Below are positions 1 to 9,434 of a stretch of DNA of 64,000 bases, one piece after another; the first letter of the stretch is position 1; every line of letters starts with the position of its first letter. The notes below the pieces were generated by a model that was not told the origin of the DNA, ran no database searches, and saw nothing but the letters and a program-made list of their open reading frames with translations. Made by a program: the position numbers and the translations under genes. Source of the stretch: a virus; IMG/VR virus record IMGVR_UViG_3300049434_000014, positions 32,001 to 96,000 of that record. One strand, written 5' to 3'.

Positions 1-15
1 GTTTGGAGGTGGGTC

Positions 16-345
16 ATGACAAAGGTTTGGCAGATGCCTGATGGCACGGTGCGTGTTCTCTACGCTCCTGAAGATGAAGAGATCGCTCGCGCTGAGCGCG
101 CGGGTGGCGTTGAGATGAGGGCGGTCCGTCCAGCTCGCCCAGCGCGGGAATTTCTCAAGGCGTTGGGCCACAGCGATGCGGACATGGCGCTCGCCATCCG
201 GGCTGGCGTTCGTGCTGAGGACTTCAACGTCTCGCCTGGCACGCGACGAGCCTTCGAAGACTGCTTCGTTTTGTATCGGGCTTATCACCGGGCGTTCTCG
301 GACTTCTGGTCTATCGCCAACGCTGCGCATACGGATGACAGGTAG
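16..345 (+). CDS. hypothetical protein
   Basis: ORF with GGAGG RBS upstream; same strand as neighbours. Confidence 0.6.
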   Translation: MTKVWQMPDGTVRVLYAPEDEEIARAERAGGVEMRAVRPARPAREFLKALGHSDADMALAIRAGVRAEDFNVSPGTRRAFEDCFVLYRAYHRAFSDFWSIANAAHTDDR

Positions 346-354
346 AATTATAGT

Positions 355-383
355 TTGACGTGCTTGCAGGGTCATGGTACGGT
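355..383 (+). promoter_or_regulatory. SigA/HrdB-type promoter (TTGACG-N17-TACGGT, extended -10 TG)
   Basis: Same architecture recurs at 2605, 3729, 7481, 7990, 19479, 25679, 43605, 58287 and 62590, each upstream of a gene start. Confidence 0.7.
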
Positions 384-423
384 TCTACTACAAGTTCAGC
401 CAACCCGATCAAGGGAGCCTCAA

Positions 424-969
424 ATGTCAGTCACGTTCGCACCCCAGTACTTTGATGGTGACGTCGCTGGCTACGAGGTTATCTGTGATGGTTGTGTTGT
501 CGCGGAGGCGGATTCCTACGTCGAGGCCAAGCGGTTTGCTGGCTTGCACGAGAAGGTTTGCCGTGGAGAGTGTGTCGGCGTCGGGCCGGAGATTCGTGAG
601 ATCACTGACGTTCCGTCTGTGAATCTGAACAACTCTAATGCGCACTTCATTCTTGACTTGCTCGGTTCGCTCCCTGAGGGCGATGACGGGTTGGATCGTG
701 GTCCGTTTGATTGTGGCGACATGTCCGGCGAGTGCTCTGCCGAGAGTTTCCTAGGTCGGGTACTGTTGGCTCAGGCTTTGGGTGGCTCAGATGTGGGCAG
801 GCCAGCTTCTGTGCTGGATCAGGATTCTGAGCTGCGTCCAGGTTGGGTGGGCGGTGCGCGGGTGATCGATTGTGGTCGGCCTGAGGGCTATGCCGACGAG
901 CGGTTGGCTCAGCTGGCTGTGGTTGCGGAGTGGGCCATGCGTGCGGGACGCTCTGTTACGTGGGCTTAG
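424..969 (+). CDS. hypothetical protein
   Basis: ATG 424 follows CCCGATCAAGGGAGC start-associated motif/RBS; the longer track start overlaps the promoter. Confidence 0.7.
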   Translation: MSVTFAPQYFDGDVAGYEVICDGCVVAEADSYVEAKRFAGLHEKVCRGECVGVGPEIREITDVPSVNLNNSNAHFILDLLGSLPEGDDGLDRGPFDCGDMSGECSAESFLGRVLLAQALGGSDVGRPASVLDQDSELRPGWVGGARVIDCGRPEGYADERLAQLAVVAEWAMRAGRSVTWA

Positions 970-1024
970 TTGGGTATGACCAACTAGAGACTATTTTTTA
1001 CTCCCCTTGGAGGGGTGATTCGCT

Positions 1025-1834
1025 ATGTCCAGATCGACAGTTTTAGATCCTGCCAAGCGTGTGATGATGGTTCTGCTTTCCATCGCGATGATGCTTGGCG
1101 TTGGCGCTTCACTGGCTTCGTGCTCGAGCGACGATGATGCACAGACTGTTGCTCCGTCTGCGTTTGTTTCCCCAGCTGACGGTAAGACTTACTGTCGTTG
1201 GGTAAATATCCGCAGTGAGTGTGAGGGTTCTCCGTATCCGGCAGCGGTTTATCCAATGCCGCAGGATCAGCCGGTCCGCGATCCTGGTATGTCTGCTATG
1301 GACTTCCTGGTACTGAATGCTTTGTTCCAGGATAGTTTGATGTATCATTCCTACTACTACCGTCCGTGGTATTACAATAATTACATTGGTCCGGCGTGGT
1401 CTCGCCACCCGGGTTATGTCGAGTATGGTTATGGACATCGTCCAGTCACTCGAATCACCACGGTGAACAATTACAACACCACGATCAATCACGTTAATAC
1501 GAAGTATGGGTCACAGGAAAGGTCTGCCGAATCTAAGGCTGTTTACAAGACTGCCAACGGCAAGACGTATAAGGGAAATACGGTTCCCTCTAATGCTTTC
1601 AAGGGTACCAACGTTCCTGTCAACTCTCCTGCAGCTAAGAATGCTCCAACCAAGGCGACTACGCCTTCTAATACGACTCCTTCTGGGAAGAAGATTAACA
1701 GCGGTTCCAGTACTCCCTCAGGCAAGTCGTATTCAGGTTCTAGTTCGTCTAGTCGTTCCAGCGGTTCTAGTTCGTCTAGCAGCTCTAGTCGTTCCAGCGG
1801 CGGTTCTAGTTCGTCGTCTCGGTCAGGGAAGTAG
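1025..1834 (+). CDS. putative lipoprotein with Ser/Gly-rich low-complexity tail
   Basis: Hydrophobic signal peptide followed by lipobox LASC; GGAGG RBS; SSSR/SSG repeats at C-terminus. Confidence 0.7.
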   Translation: MSRSTVLDPAKRVMMVLLSIAMMLGVGASLASCSSDDDAQTVAPSAFVSPADGKTYCRWVNIRSECEGSPYPAAVYPMPQDQPVRDPGMSAMDFLVLNALFQDSLMYHSYYYRPWYYNNYIGPAWSRHPGYVEYGYGHRPVTRITTVNNYNTTINHVNTKYGSQERSAESKAVYKTANGKTYKGNTVPSNAFKGTNVPVNSPAAKNAPTKATTPSNTTPSGKKINSGSSTPSGKSYSGSSSSSRSSGSSSSSSSSRSSGGSSSSSRSGK

Positions 1835-1839
1835 CCGTC

Positions 1840-2376
1840 ATGGCTCTGCCATATTCGATCTGTGGGTTGCTTGCTGAAGAGGGTGTCGAACCCTACGCCT
1901 GGCAGACAGGATTCTATTGGCAAGATTTGGTTGAGCCTGATCCTGCGGTTGCTGTGGAGTTTGTTGAGCACGAGATGGACAGGGAAGGTTTGGATGTTGG
2001 CCACACGTTAGTCACCTTCCTTGCCGCTCGTGTGCATTCTGGAAACATACAAAGATGTGATGGCATTCCTAATGCCGACTTCGAGGTGGATGGAGACGAG
2101 GAGTTTCGTCTCCATCCCGAGCCGTCCCTTCACACTGTGTGCGGGATGATTTATCCCACGGGTAAGCCTTATTGCGATTTGTGGATGTCACATGGGCCAC
2201 GTGTCGCTTACGTTGATGCTTGGCAGTGCATTCGAGATGAAGGACAAACGTTGTTAGTCGCTTGTGTACATACTGGCGACGAGACTGAAGATGGCTTACA
2301 GTTTGATTTCGCTCTGCCTGCAATCAAGAATGCAGACGAGATGGAGCAGGTTCTTAAGGAGATATGGACGCCATGA
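1840..2376 (+). CDS. hypothetical protein
   Basis: ORF tightly packed between neighbours. Confidence 0.6.
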   Translation: MALPYSICGLLAEEGVEPYAWQTGFYWQDLVEPDPAVAVEFVEHEMDREGLDVGHTLVTFLAARVHSGNIQRCDGIPNADFEVDGDEEFRLHPEPSLHTVCGMIYPTGKPYCDLWMSHGPRVAYVDAWQCIRDEGQTLLVACVHTGDETEDGLQFDFALPAIKNADEMEQVLKEIWTP

Positions 2377-2585
2377 TTTCTGCAACTACACCTAAGACCA
2401 AGTCTCTTGCTGAGACACGACAAATGGTTTCTTTCATGTTTGTTGTTTCGATGGTTGGTTTCTTTATTCTTGGCGTTTGTGCTTTCTTGAAATCAGATGC
2501 ATGGGCTTTGGTTATGTTGGGTTCGGCATCCATGATTGCTTTGTGTTTCGGGTTGCTCATCTGGGCTCAGGACACGCTCAAGTAA
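2364..2585 (+). CDS. small membrane protein (2 TM)
   Basis: Two hydrophobic segments. Confidence 0.55.
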   Translation: MDAMISATTPKTKSLAETRQMVSFMFVVSMVGFFILGVCAFLKSDAWALVMLGSASMIALCFGLLIWAQDTLK

Positions 2586-2677
2586 AGATTCATGGTCTGA
2601 TGACTTGACCTGTTTGCATGGTCATGGTATGGTTCTACTACAAGTTCACGAACCACCCGATCAAGGGAGCAGGAATC

Positions 2678-3658
2678 ATGGCCAGTCGTACCGCCACTCG
2701 CAAGCCGCGTCAGACTGACGAGGAGCGCGATGCGAAGGTTGCCGCACTGAAGGCTCAGCTGGACGAGACGGTTGCCTCGCTCGACAGCGAGGAGCGGTGG
2801 GAAGAAATGCTCCGCACCGTGGCTCAGTTCGGGACTAAGTATTCCTGGGGTAACCAGCTTCTGATCATGGCTCAGGCCGCTCAGCGCAACTTCGATCCCC
2901 AGCTGGTCATGGGGTTCAGTGCCTGGAAAGCCAAGGGTCGGATGGTTATCAAGGGCCAGACTGGAATCAAGATCTGGGCTCCTAACTTCCGCTACCCGAC
3001 CGAGGCTGAGATCGCTCGCGCCGCCGCTGAGGGCAAGCCGGTGCGTCGCGACTCTGAGGGTCGCCCAGCGAAGATCCTGGTTGGCTATCGCATTGAGCAC
3101 GTCTTCGATGTCTGCCAGACGGAGGGTGCTGAGGTTGAGATCCCGGCTCCCGTCATTGAGCGGATCCGCATCCGGGTGAGTGGTCCTTCCCCTGAGTTGC
3201 TGACTGGTGACGATGTCTCGGGTGCGTGGGATGCGGTGCAGGGCCTCATTGAGGCGCACGGCTACCGGGTCGAGCGCGGCTCGTGTGTCGGTGCGAACGG
3301 CTACACCGATCCTCGCACGATGGTTGTCAAGGTCCGTGACGATGTCTCTCCTGCTCAGGCGTTGAAGACCTTGATTCATGAGCTGGCGCACATTGAGTGC
3401 CTGCACGTTGAGGACATGACGTCCTACCTGCTCCACCAGGGTCGCCAGGAAACCGAGGCTGAGTCGGTTGCGTACGTTGTCTGCGGTGCGTTAGGACTCG
3501 ACTCAGGGGCCTACTCGGCCCCTTACGTGCGGGGATGGTCGAACGGTGATGCCACCGTGCTGGCCGCTGCAGCTGAGCTTGTGATCCGCTCTGCGGGTCG
3601 GATCCTTAAGGGCCTCGAGGCTGCTGGCGTCGAGGAGCGCGAGCTAGTCGCTGCCTGA
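2678..3658 (+). CDS. ardC: ArdC-like antirestriction protein (ssDNA-binding N-domain plus zincin metallopeptidase domain)
   Basis: YSWGNQLLI..Q, GFSAWKAKGRMVIKG, VFDVCQTEG motifs of the ArdC-N/DUF1738 family; TLIHELAH and ETEAESVAY zincin motifs; follows SigA-type promoter at 2605. Confidence 0.8.
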   Translation: MASRTATRKPRQTDEERDAKVAALKAQLDETVASLDSEERWEEMLRTVAQFGTKYSWGNQLLIMAQAAQRNFDPQLVMGFSAWKAKGRMVIKGQTGIKIWAPNFRYPTEAEIARAAAEGKPVRRDSEGRPAKILVGYRIEHVFDVCQTEGAEVEIPAPVIERIRIRVSGPSPELLTGDDVSGAWDAVQGLIEAHGYRVERGSCVGANGYTDPRTMVVKVRDDVSPAQALKTLIHELAHIECLHVEDMTSYLLHQGRQETEAESVAYVVCGALGLDSGAYSAPYVRGWSNGDATVLAAAAELVIRSAGRILKGLEAAGVEERELVAA

Positions 3659-3674
3659 CCGGTAGGACTGAAGT

Positions 3675-3713
3675 GGAGGATCCCAGCTCTCGACGCGGGC
3701 GCTGGGATCCTCC
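3675..3713 (+). terminator. hairpin, probable terminator
   Basis: GGAGGATCCCAGC...GCTGGGATCCTCC inverted repeat after ardC. Confidence 0.6.
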
Positions 3714-3799
3714 CTCCAATTTACCTACTTGTATGGTTTGCAGGGTTATGGTAGTGTTTCATTACAAGGTCAAGTTACACCCGATCAAGGGAGCGTTCG

Positions 3800-4003
3800 A
3801 TGTATGAGGCGACAGGCAATATGAACAATGTAGCCGCTCTGTCTGAGGCTGAGCTGGCCATCGAGCTGGCGGGAGCCAAGGCTCGATTGAAGTGGGCTCG
3901 CGAGAATCGCATCCCTCAGTCGTCGGACTTCTATTACATGGCCAAGACCGGAATTCGTATTTTCAGTGACGAGACGCGTGCGCGTAGTTTGGTCGGTGTG
4001 TGA
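3800..4003 (+). CDS. hypothetical protein
   Basis: Preceded by promoter 3729 and CCCGATCAAGGGAGC. Confidence 0.6.
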   Translation: MYEATGNMNNVAALSEAELAIELAGAKARLKWARENRIPQSSDFYYMAKTGIRIFSDETRARSLVGV

Positions 4004-4953
4004 TGGGTAAGCCTCGCCCGATCGATACTTTCAGACATGAGTTGACAAGTGCTATTGCTGAGCAGTTCGAATCGCTTTCGCATCCTGTTGACCGTGAGGT
4101 GCTTAAGGGTGTTATTCGACGCATCACTGATGCTTGGCGTGTGGAACGGGAAGATTCTATGTCTTCCATTCCTGGCGAAGAGGGTAAAGTCTGGGGATAC
4201 GAGTTTGAGGTCACGCTGCCGTGGCGTCCTGAGTCTGAGCAAGAGACTGAGGCTCGTGAGGCCCGCTGGGCGGCTATGGTTTGGGATCCTGAGGATGGGC
4301 CTCCTATGCCGGGTGTGACGATGCTTCAGTTGCTACGTCAAGATACGTGGTGGATGTATCATCCGAAGCCTTACTGGGAGGGTTCGTCTCCCTTGCTGTC
4401 TGTGCGTGTTGAAAACATGACGCATTCTCATCGGATGGCTGTATTGGCGTGGCTGCGCTCTCGCGCGAATGAGTTGCACGCTCAGGTTGCTGGCGAGTTG
4501 TTGGGTGCTCCCGATGACGTGTGGTCGTCTTACGATGTGGAGCTTCCGGAGGAATGGCTCGAAGAGCAAGAGCTTGTTTGGGCTTTGGATCGCTGGACCA
4601 CTCCGTGGGCTGAGTCTCCATTGACGTGGAAGCCAATTACTGAGGCTCCGTGTGATGGCACCGTTATTATGGCTGCGGATATGCAGGCTAACGATGCATT
4701 TCGTATAAAGTGGGATTCATACTGGCGTGGATGGATCATTGTTGATGATGGTCCTCTGTACGGTACTCCACCTTCTTGTGTTATCTATAGGTGGCGTGAT
4801 CTTCGTGAGGATGAGAAACCTGCTCCTGTTCTCGCTTGCGAGCATTACGGATATGATGAGACTGATTGTGGTTCATGTGGAGCTGTTTGGTATCCGTGCG
4901 ATCACGGCGGTGTGCATGGTTCCGCTGAGTGTTCTGCTTGTGATCAGGAATAG
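4000..4953 (+). CDS. hypothetical protein with Cys/His-rich C-terminus
   Basis: Long ORF overlapping the upstream stop; CxxC/CxH motifs at the end. Confidence 0.6.
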   Translation: MMGKPRPIDTFRHELTSAIAEQFESLSHPVDREVLKGVIRRITDAWRVEREDSMSSIPGEEGKVWGYEFEVTLPWRPESEQETEAREARWAAMVWDPEDGPPMPGVTMLQLLRQDTWWMYHPKPYWEGSSPLLSVRVENMTHSHRMAVLAWLRSRANELHAQVAGELLGAPDDVWSSYDVELPEEWLEEQELVWALDRWTTPWAESPLTWKPITEAPCDGTVIMAADMQANDAFRIKWDSYWRGWIIVDDGPLYGTPPSCVIYRWRDLREDEKPAPVLACEHYGYDETDCGSCGAVWYPCDHGGVHGSAECSACDQE

Positions 4954-5069
4954 ACGATGTTTGATTGGCTGTTCATAGAGATACCGTGGTGGTGGCTAAT
5001 CATCGCAGGTTTGGGCAGTTGGGTGGTCGGAGCTGTACTCACTTTTTGTTTATTCACGAGGCGGTAGAA

Positions 5070-5390
5070 ATGCCTAGGACCGTAGACGGGATTGTCGAGG
5101 CTCATCGCATTGCGGGTCAGCGTCGTGCGGAGGGTCGTCGGGTATGGGATCTGACGCTGGATGTGTCGGTGTGGTGGGGCAATGAGGAGATGTCTTTCGA
5201 GCAGCGTCGAGACGCGATTGTTCGGAAGATTCGTAAGTCTTCGTGGCCAAAGCACAATGAAGAGGTTGATGAGCTATTGGACGAGCTTTCCGAGGTGGAA
5301 ACCGAAGAGGCGTTTAATAAGGTTTGGGATGATCTGTATGACATCGCAGATCTTGATTCGGAGTATCGTGTTTGGATTAGGGTTCGGTAG
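5070..5390 (+). CDS. hypothetical protein
   Basis: ATG 5070 after GAGG; ends in CGGTAG motif. Confidence 0.55.
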   Translation: MPRTVDGIVEAHRIAGQRRAEGRRVWDLTLDVSVWWGNEEMSFEQRRDAIVRKIRKSSWPKHNEEVDELLDELSEVETEEAFNKVWDDLYDIADLDSEYRVWIRVR

Positions 5391-5398
5391 GATTGGTC

Positions 5399-5800
5399 AT
5401 GGGATATAACAGTCGGTTACGCGGACGGATTGAGATCGATCCTCCGTTGACGTGGTCCGAGGTTCTTGACACGGGATTTGATCCTGAGCGCGCGGAGCAG
5501 GATGATAGACTGATTATGATTGAGGTCGAGACTGAGACTCACGATGTTGAGGAAGGTATCCTTACGTTGAAGAGAGGGGTTGCCATTGTTCCAATCACAG
5601 ATGAAGATTTGCGAGCTTACTCTTTTGATGTCGATCTTAAGGGTTTGATTGAGCATCCTGTGTTTCATACTCACACGCTGTCCGGCTGTATAGTCCGGAT
5701 AGGTGAAAACCAGGGAGACGTGGAGCGGATTAATAGTCTTGGCTGGTCTGAGAAAGCTAAGCTTCGCTGGCCGGACGGCACCCTGGTAGAGGACTTCTAA
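5399..5800 (+). CDS. hypothetical protein, actinophage type (possibly DUF6205-like)
   Basis: MGYxxxxxGxIxIxPPLTW N-terminus, recalled from actinophage proteins; ATG 8 nt after CGGTAG motif. Confidence 0.55.
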   Translation: MGYNSRLRGRIEIDPPLTWSEVLDTGFDPERAEQDDRLIMIEVETETHDVEEGILTLKRGVAIVPITDEDLRAYSFDVDLKGLIEHPVFHTHTLSGCIVRIGENQGDVERINSLGWSEKAKLRWPDGTLVEDF

Positions 5801-5837
5801 CCATCCGAATACCTCCTATGAGATAAGGGGAGGTACG

Positions 5838-6254
5838 ATGGCAGGCTGTTCTCTCAATAAGAGTAGCAAGCATAATTGGATTGAGAATGAGGGCGGTCTG
5901 CCGGAATACATTTGTGAGATAGCTCGCGCTATCGCACGTGGTGGTAAGGATTTGGAGTCTGCGATTCCCATTGCTATCTCACGATGTAAGGTGTGGGCAT
6001 CCGGTAAGGGTGTGAACAAAAAGACTCAGGCTAAGGCTGCGGGCGCCGTGGCTGAGTGGGAGAGAAAGAAAGCCTCCGCGAAGGCTAAGAAGACTTCGAA
6101 GGTCGCTGCTTCTGTGATCGATCTGTCTGAGGTCGAAGACGAGAAGCTATCGAGGGGTGAAGAGGTTTTGCTGGTGCTGTCTGTACGGGGCTACGATCCC
6201 CATCCTGGGCTTGTGCGAGTGCTGGCGCGGGTTGGTGGGAGGTCTGGTGTCTGA
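5838..6254 (+). CDS. hypothetical basic protein
   Basis: GGAGG RBS; NW...GGLP.YI motif. Confidence 0.65.
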   Translation: MAGCSLNKSSKHNWIENEGGLPEYICEIARAIARGGKDLESAIPIAISRCKVWASGKGVNKKTQAKAAGAVAEWERKKASAKAKKTSKVAASVIDLSEVEDEKLSRGEEVLLVLSVRGYDPHPGLVRVLARVGGRSGV

Positions 6255-6888
6255 TCTCGGACGGTTGGTCTCTGAGGCTCCTGTGGATCCTCCTGAGATC
6301 GATCGCATCCTCACGCAGTTTCGAGGTGACTTAGCTTTCGATGTTGGCGCCAACATTGGGCGCACCGTCGACGTGTTGGCTAAGCAGTTCTCTCGGGTGA
6401 TTGCTTTGGAGCCTTCCGAGGAATCTTTCGACGTGCTCTCCTCACGGTGTGCTCATCTGGAGAATGTGCTGTGTCTTCCGCACGCGGTCTCTGATCGCTG
6501 CGACGACATCGAGCTGGTTGTGTGCACAGACAAGATCACGACTGGTCAGCTGGTAACGGAAAGCTGGCCTGAGTGGGGACGCCAGATTGAGCTTCGTCGT
6601 GTTCCTGCAGTGACTATTGATGCAATGTCTGATACGTTTGACGATCCTGATTTCATTAAGGTCGACGTTGAAGGGCATGAAGTCCTAGTAATCCAGGGTG
6701 GAATGCGAGCCATTCCTCGGTCTCGCCCAGCTTTGTACATTGAAGTACATCGTGAATCGTTAGGTAAAACGCTTTACGATATGCTGAGTCCTCTCTATCC
6801 TGACTTGCATGCTGTTCGGCATCCTCACTATGGAGTCAATGACTGGGGACATGCCAATCATTACTGGCTAGTTGCTTCACATGGCTGA
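6247..6888 (+). CDS. FkbM-family SAM-dependent methyltransferase
   Basis: FDVGANIG, ALEP and IKVDVEGHE motifs. Confidence 0.85.
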   Translation: MSDLGRLVSEAPVDPPEIDRILTQFRGDLAFDVGANIGRTVDVLAKQFSRVIALEPSEESFDVLSSRCAHLENVLCLPHAVSDRCDDIELVVCTDKITTGQLVTESWPEWGRQIELRRVPAVTIDAMSDTFDDPDFIKVDVEGHEVLVIQGGMRAIPRSRPALYIEVHRESLGKTLYDMLSPLYPDLHAVRHPHYGVNDWGHANHYWLVASHG

Positions 6889-7261
6889 GTTGTCATTGTT
6901 TGACAAGTTTGCCACTCAGGTCAGTACTTATGTTTCACGGGCGTGGTTCTTTGCCGCTTGCGTGATTACTGTATTGCTTTGGGCACCGTCGTTCTATTTG
7001 TTTAGTAATGTCGATACGTGGCAACTGATTATTAATACGCTCACTACCATTGTGACTTTCCTTCTGGTAGCTCTTTTGCAGAACACGCAAAAGCGAGCGG
7101 ACGCGTCGACGCAGATCAAGCTAAACGCCATCGCTGCGGGCCTAGACGAGGTGATGGGTCAGTTCGTCTCGGATCCTCGCGTGTCGATCTCACAGGATGC
7201 TCGAGCTGCTCTGCGTGCGTCGGTAGGGCTTGAGGATCGACAGGGTTCGCAAGAGTGTTGA
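6881..7261 (+). CDS. low-affinity iron permease (Fet4-like) family membrane protein
   Basis: DTWQLIINTLTTIVTFLLVALLQNTQ.R...A.Q.KL signature. Confidence 0.8.
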   Translation: MAELSLFDKFATQVSTYVSRAWFFAACVITVLLWAPSFYLFSNVDTWQLIINTLTTIVTFLLVALLQNTQKRADASTQIKLNAIAAGLDEVMGQFVSDPRVSISQDARAALRASVGLEDRQGSQEC

Positions 7262-7277
7262 CTGGGTAGTATTATAT

Positions 7278-7454
7278 ATGCCTACTCTTATAGAGGTTCT
7301 TAAAGTTTCTGCTCAGTTTGTCTTGTGCTTAGTTGGGTTCGCTTTGGTCTTTGGGGCGGCTGGTCTCGCGCTTTCCTTTTTTCTCCAACATCTAGCTACT
7401 CAGCCTTACTACCCTGATCGTGTCCTGCATTGCATAAATGATGTGTGTAAGTAA
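7278..7454 (+). CDS. small membrane protein
   Basis: ATG 8 nt after GGGTAG; one TM segment. Confidence 0.5.
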   Translation: MPTLIEVLKVSAQFVLCLVGFALVFGAAGLALSFFLQHLATQPYYPDRVLHCINDVCK

Positions 7455-7460
7455 CTACCC

Positions 7461-7997
7461 ATAAGGGTGAACGTACGAGCTTGCATGTCGTACTTCCTGC
7501 ATGGTAGTTTACCTACATGACATCCACCGTGAACGTTCACCAGGCCGACCTTGAGGCCAGGTTCTGTCCCTCCCGCTTCCAGATGGCCACCGCTGCAGCG
7601 ATGCTGGCTGCGAATCCCGGTGCGCACTCTGTTGTCGTGCCGATCGCTCTGCCTGGGAAGGATCCGGGTTGGTGGGAAGCTGGCCAGGCCGTCGAGTACC
7701 CTCCCGGCTACTTCCTGGCCATCACGAATGACTGGGATGGTCCTGAGTCCTACGCTGCCGCGCGCAACGAGGCCGAGGCTGTCTCGGAACGGCACATGGT
7801 TGCCGTGACCGGCACGACTGCTTACGCGTCGATTCGTCCTGATGGCACGTTCGCTGTCTACGAGGGTTCGTGTGTGTCGAGTCTCCGCAAGCGGTAGGTC
7901 TGTGCTTGAGCGGCGCGAGAGCGATGGCAGCTCTCGCGTCGTTCTCGTATGTCACCTGTAAGGGTACCTATAAGGGTGAACGTACGAGCTTGCATGT
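7461..7997 (+). repeat. 28-bp exact direct repeat ATAAGGGTGAACGTACGAGCTTGCATGT (7461-7488 and 7970-7997) overlapping two promoter -35 boxes
   Basis: Identical strings, each upstream of a probably leaderless ATG (7517; 8019/8025). Confidence 0.85.
7517..7897 (+). CDS. hypothetical protein
   Basis: ATG just downstream of a -10 box; followed by a hairpin at about 7908-7944. Confidence 0.6.
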   Translation: MTSTVNVHQADLEARFCPSRFQMATAAAMLAANPGAHSVVVPIALPGKDPGWWEAGQAVEYPPGYFLAITNDWDGPESYAAARNEAEAVSERHMVAVTGTTAYASIRPDGTFAVYEGSCVSSLRKR

Positions 7998-8018
7998 TGT
8001 ACTAGCCCGTGCTATCTT

Positions 8019-8345
8019 ATGTACATGAGAACGAACGAAGCCACCGCAACAGCGGCCAACCTCGAACGTATGGCTCGCCAGCGTCAGATGGCTCAGAGCA
8101 TGGGCTTCCTGGCTCCGCAGGGTCGTGATGGCAACCTCAGGCACGTCAGTGATCTGGCTGAGCTGTCTGTTACCGATCCTGAGGTGTCGTGGCGGCTGTC
8201 TCTGAAAGAGGCTCGCACCGCTCGGTTCTCGGGCAAGCTGAGTACCTACACGATCGAGACTGGCTCCATTGAGTTGTCAAATCTGACTGACGGTCAGTTC
8301 AGCGCGATCTTGATGGGTGCGCTCACGGCGCTTGGCATCTGGTAG
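8019..8345 (+). CDS. hypothetical protein
   Basis: Downstream of repeated promoter; true start may be 8025. Confidence 0.6.
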   Translation: MYMRTNEATATAANLERMARQRQMAQSMGFLAPQGRDGNLRHVSDLAELSVTDPEVSWRLSLKEARTARFSGKLSTYTIETGSIELSNLTDGQFSAILMGALTALGIW

Positions 8346-8382
8346 GACGTCGTTGACAAGGGGATCAACCCAGGAGGTTGTT

Positions 8383-8973
8383 ATGTATCTGAACATGCTT
8401 CGCTACCGGCTTATGGCCTATCCAGGCCCCGTTCGGGGGCACTTGACTCTTGGAGATCCTTCTGCGGTTGAGTTTGTGACGAGTAGGTTGGAGTCGGTTC
8501 TCCCGAATACGTACCGCTTCCATAAAGAATGTGGTCTCACTGTACTGAAGTGGGATTTCATTGAACAGACGAAACCGACTTTGTTTCAGTTGACGAGTGA
8601 GTTGTTGACTGACGCGAGCAATGAGATTGAGATTAAATCTACGTCAGGATTTGATCTGCTTGCCTCTGTCATCGCTCGTGGAACTGTTCACGGACATTAC
8701 GGGAACACGTATTGGGGTCGTGAATACGAAACTCTGCACCTTTTGTTATGCGGTATTGATTGGTCGGAGCGTCCTCGGGTGGAGTCGAACACTTGGACGA
8801 ATTTCGTAGGAACGTTTGCTGAGAATGATGATCGGCAAGAGGTGCTTTCGACGCAGTTGCATTGCCGTTGTATCGAGCAGGTCGAAGTGGAGTTTGGACT
8901 TGAGCCTCCGTCGCTGGCTCAGATGATCTGCGCACTGGGCGCGGGTGAGTTGGAGCGAATCTTCGATGTCTAG
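8383..8973 (+). CDS. hypothetical protein
   Basis: ATG after GGGGATCAACCCAGGAGGT RBS motif. Confidence 0.6.
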   Translation: MYLNMLRYRLMAYPGPVRGHLTLGDPSAVEFVTSRLESVLPNTYRFHKECGLTVLKWDFIEQTKPTLFQLTSELLTDASNEIEIKSTSGFDLLASVIARGTVHGHYGNTYWGREYETLHLLLCGIDWSERPRVESNTWTNFVGTFAENDDRQEVLSTQLHCRCIEQVEVEFGLEPPSLAQMICALGAGELERIFDV

Positions 8974-9226
8974 ACCGCGTCCTGGTGGTGAACGCAGAGG
9001 GAGCGCGTCTGATCGACGTGCTCGCAAGGTATGGATGTTATTTACCTGGGGTGACGGTGAGAGCTGTCGCTGCGTTCACTGCGGGAAGCGGTTGTGTTTC
9101 GAGACGGTCGAGTCTGATCGGATTGTTCCAGGCGGTAGTTACCGTCGTGACAATATTCAGCCAGCCTGTCGACGTTGCAATGCTGCGCGAAGCAACCGGG
9201 TAGACTGGTGTTTTGCAGGAAGTTGA
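8966..9226 (+). CDS. small HNH-family endonuclease
   Basis: CVHCG...DRIVPGGSY..DNIQPACRRCN zinc/HNH-like motif. Confidence 0.75.
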   Translation: MSRPRPGGERRGSASDRRARKVWMLFTWGDGESCRCVHCGKRLCFETVESDRIVPGGSYRRDNIQPACRRCNAARSNRVDWCFAGS

Positions 9227-9273
9227 GTAAATCCCGTGCGGAACCTCGCGCGGGACGGTAGGACTGTCATACG

Positions 9274-9342
9274 GGTGGTGTGCTGAAGGATCGGGGTACT
9301 TCTCCGATAAGACAATCCTGATCCGCTTTAGTTGCCATCACC
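9274..9342 (+). ncRNA. Y-RNA-like (Yrl) RNA, copy 1
   Basis: Terminal helix GGTGGTG/CATCACC; conserved TGCTGAAG...TACTTC...TTGC; upstream of Ro60. Confidence 0.7.
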
Positions 9343-9353
9343 TCACCGCTTTG

Positions 9354-9429
9354 GGTGAGTGCGTGCTGCAGGCGCGGAGTTCTTCAATTGGTGAAAACAA
9401 CGCTGCGCCGTCAAGTTGCCGCACTCACC
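9354..9429 (+). ncRNA. Y-RNA-like (Yrl) RNA, copy 2
   Basis: Terminal helix GGTGAGTGCG/CGCACTCACC; TGCTGCAG...TTCTTC...TTGC. Confidence 0.7.
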
Positions 9430-9434
9430 TTTTT

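Noticed and set aside
1730-1825. TCTAGTTCGTC/AGCGGTTC repeats as a non-coding array
   Set aside because: In-frame coding repeats of the Ser/Gly-rich tail of the lipoprotein
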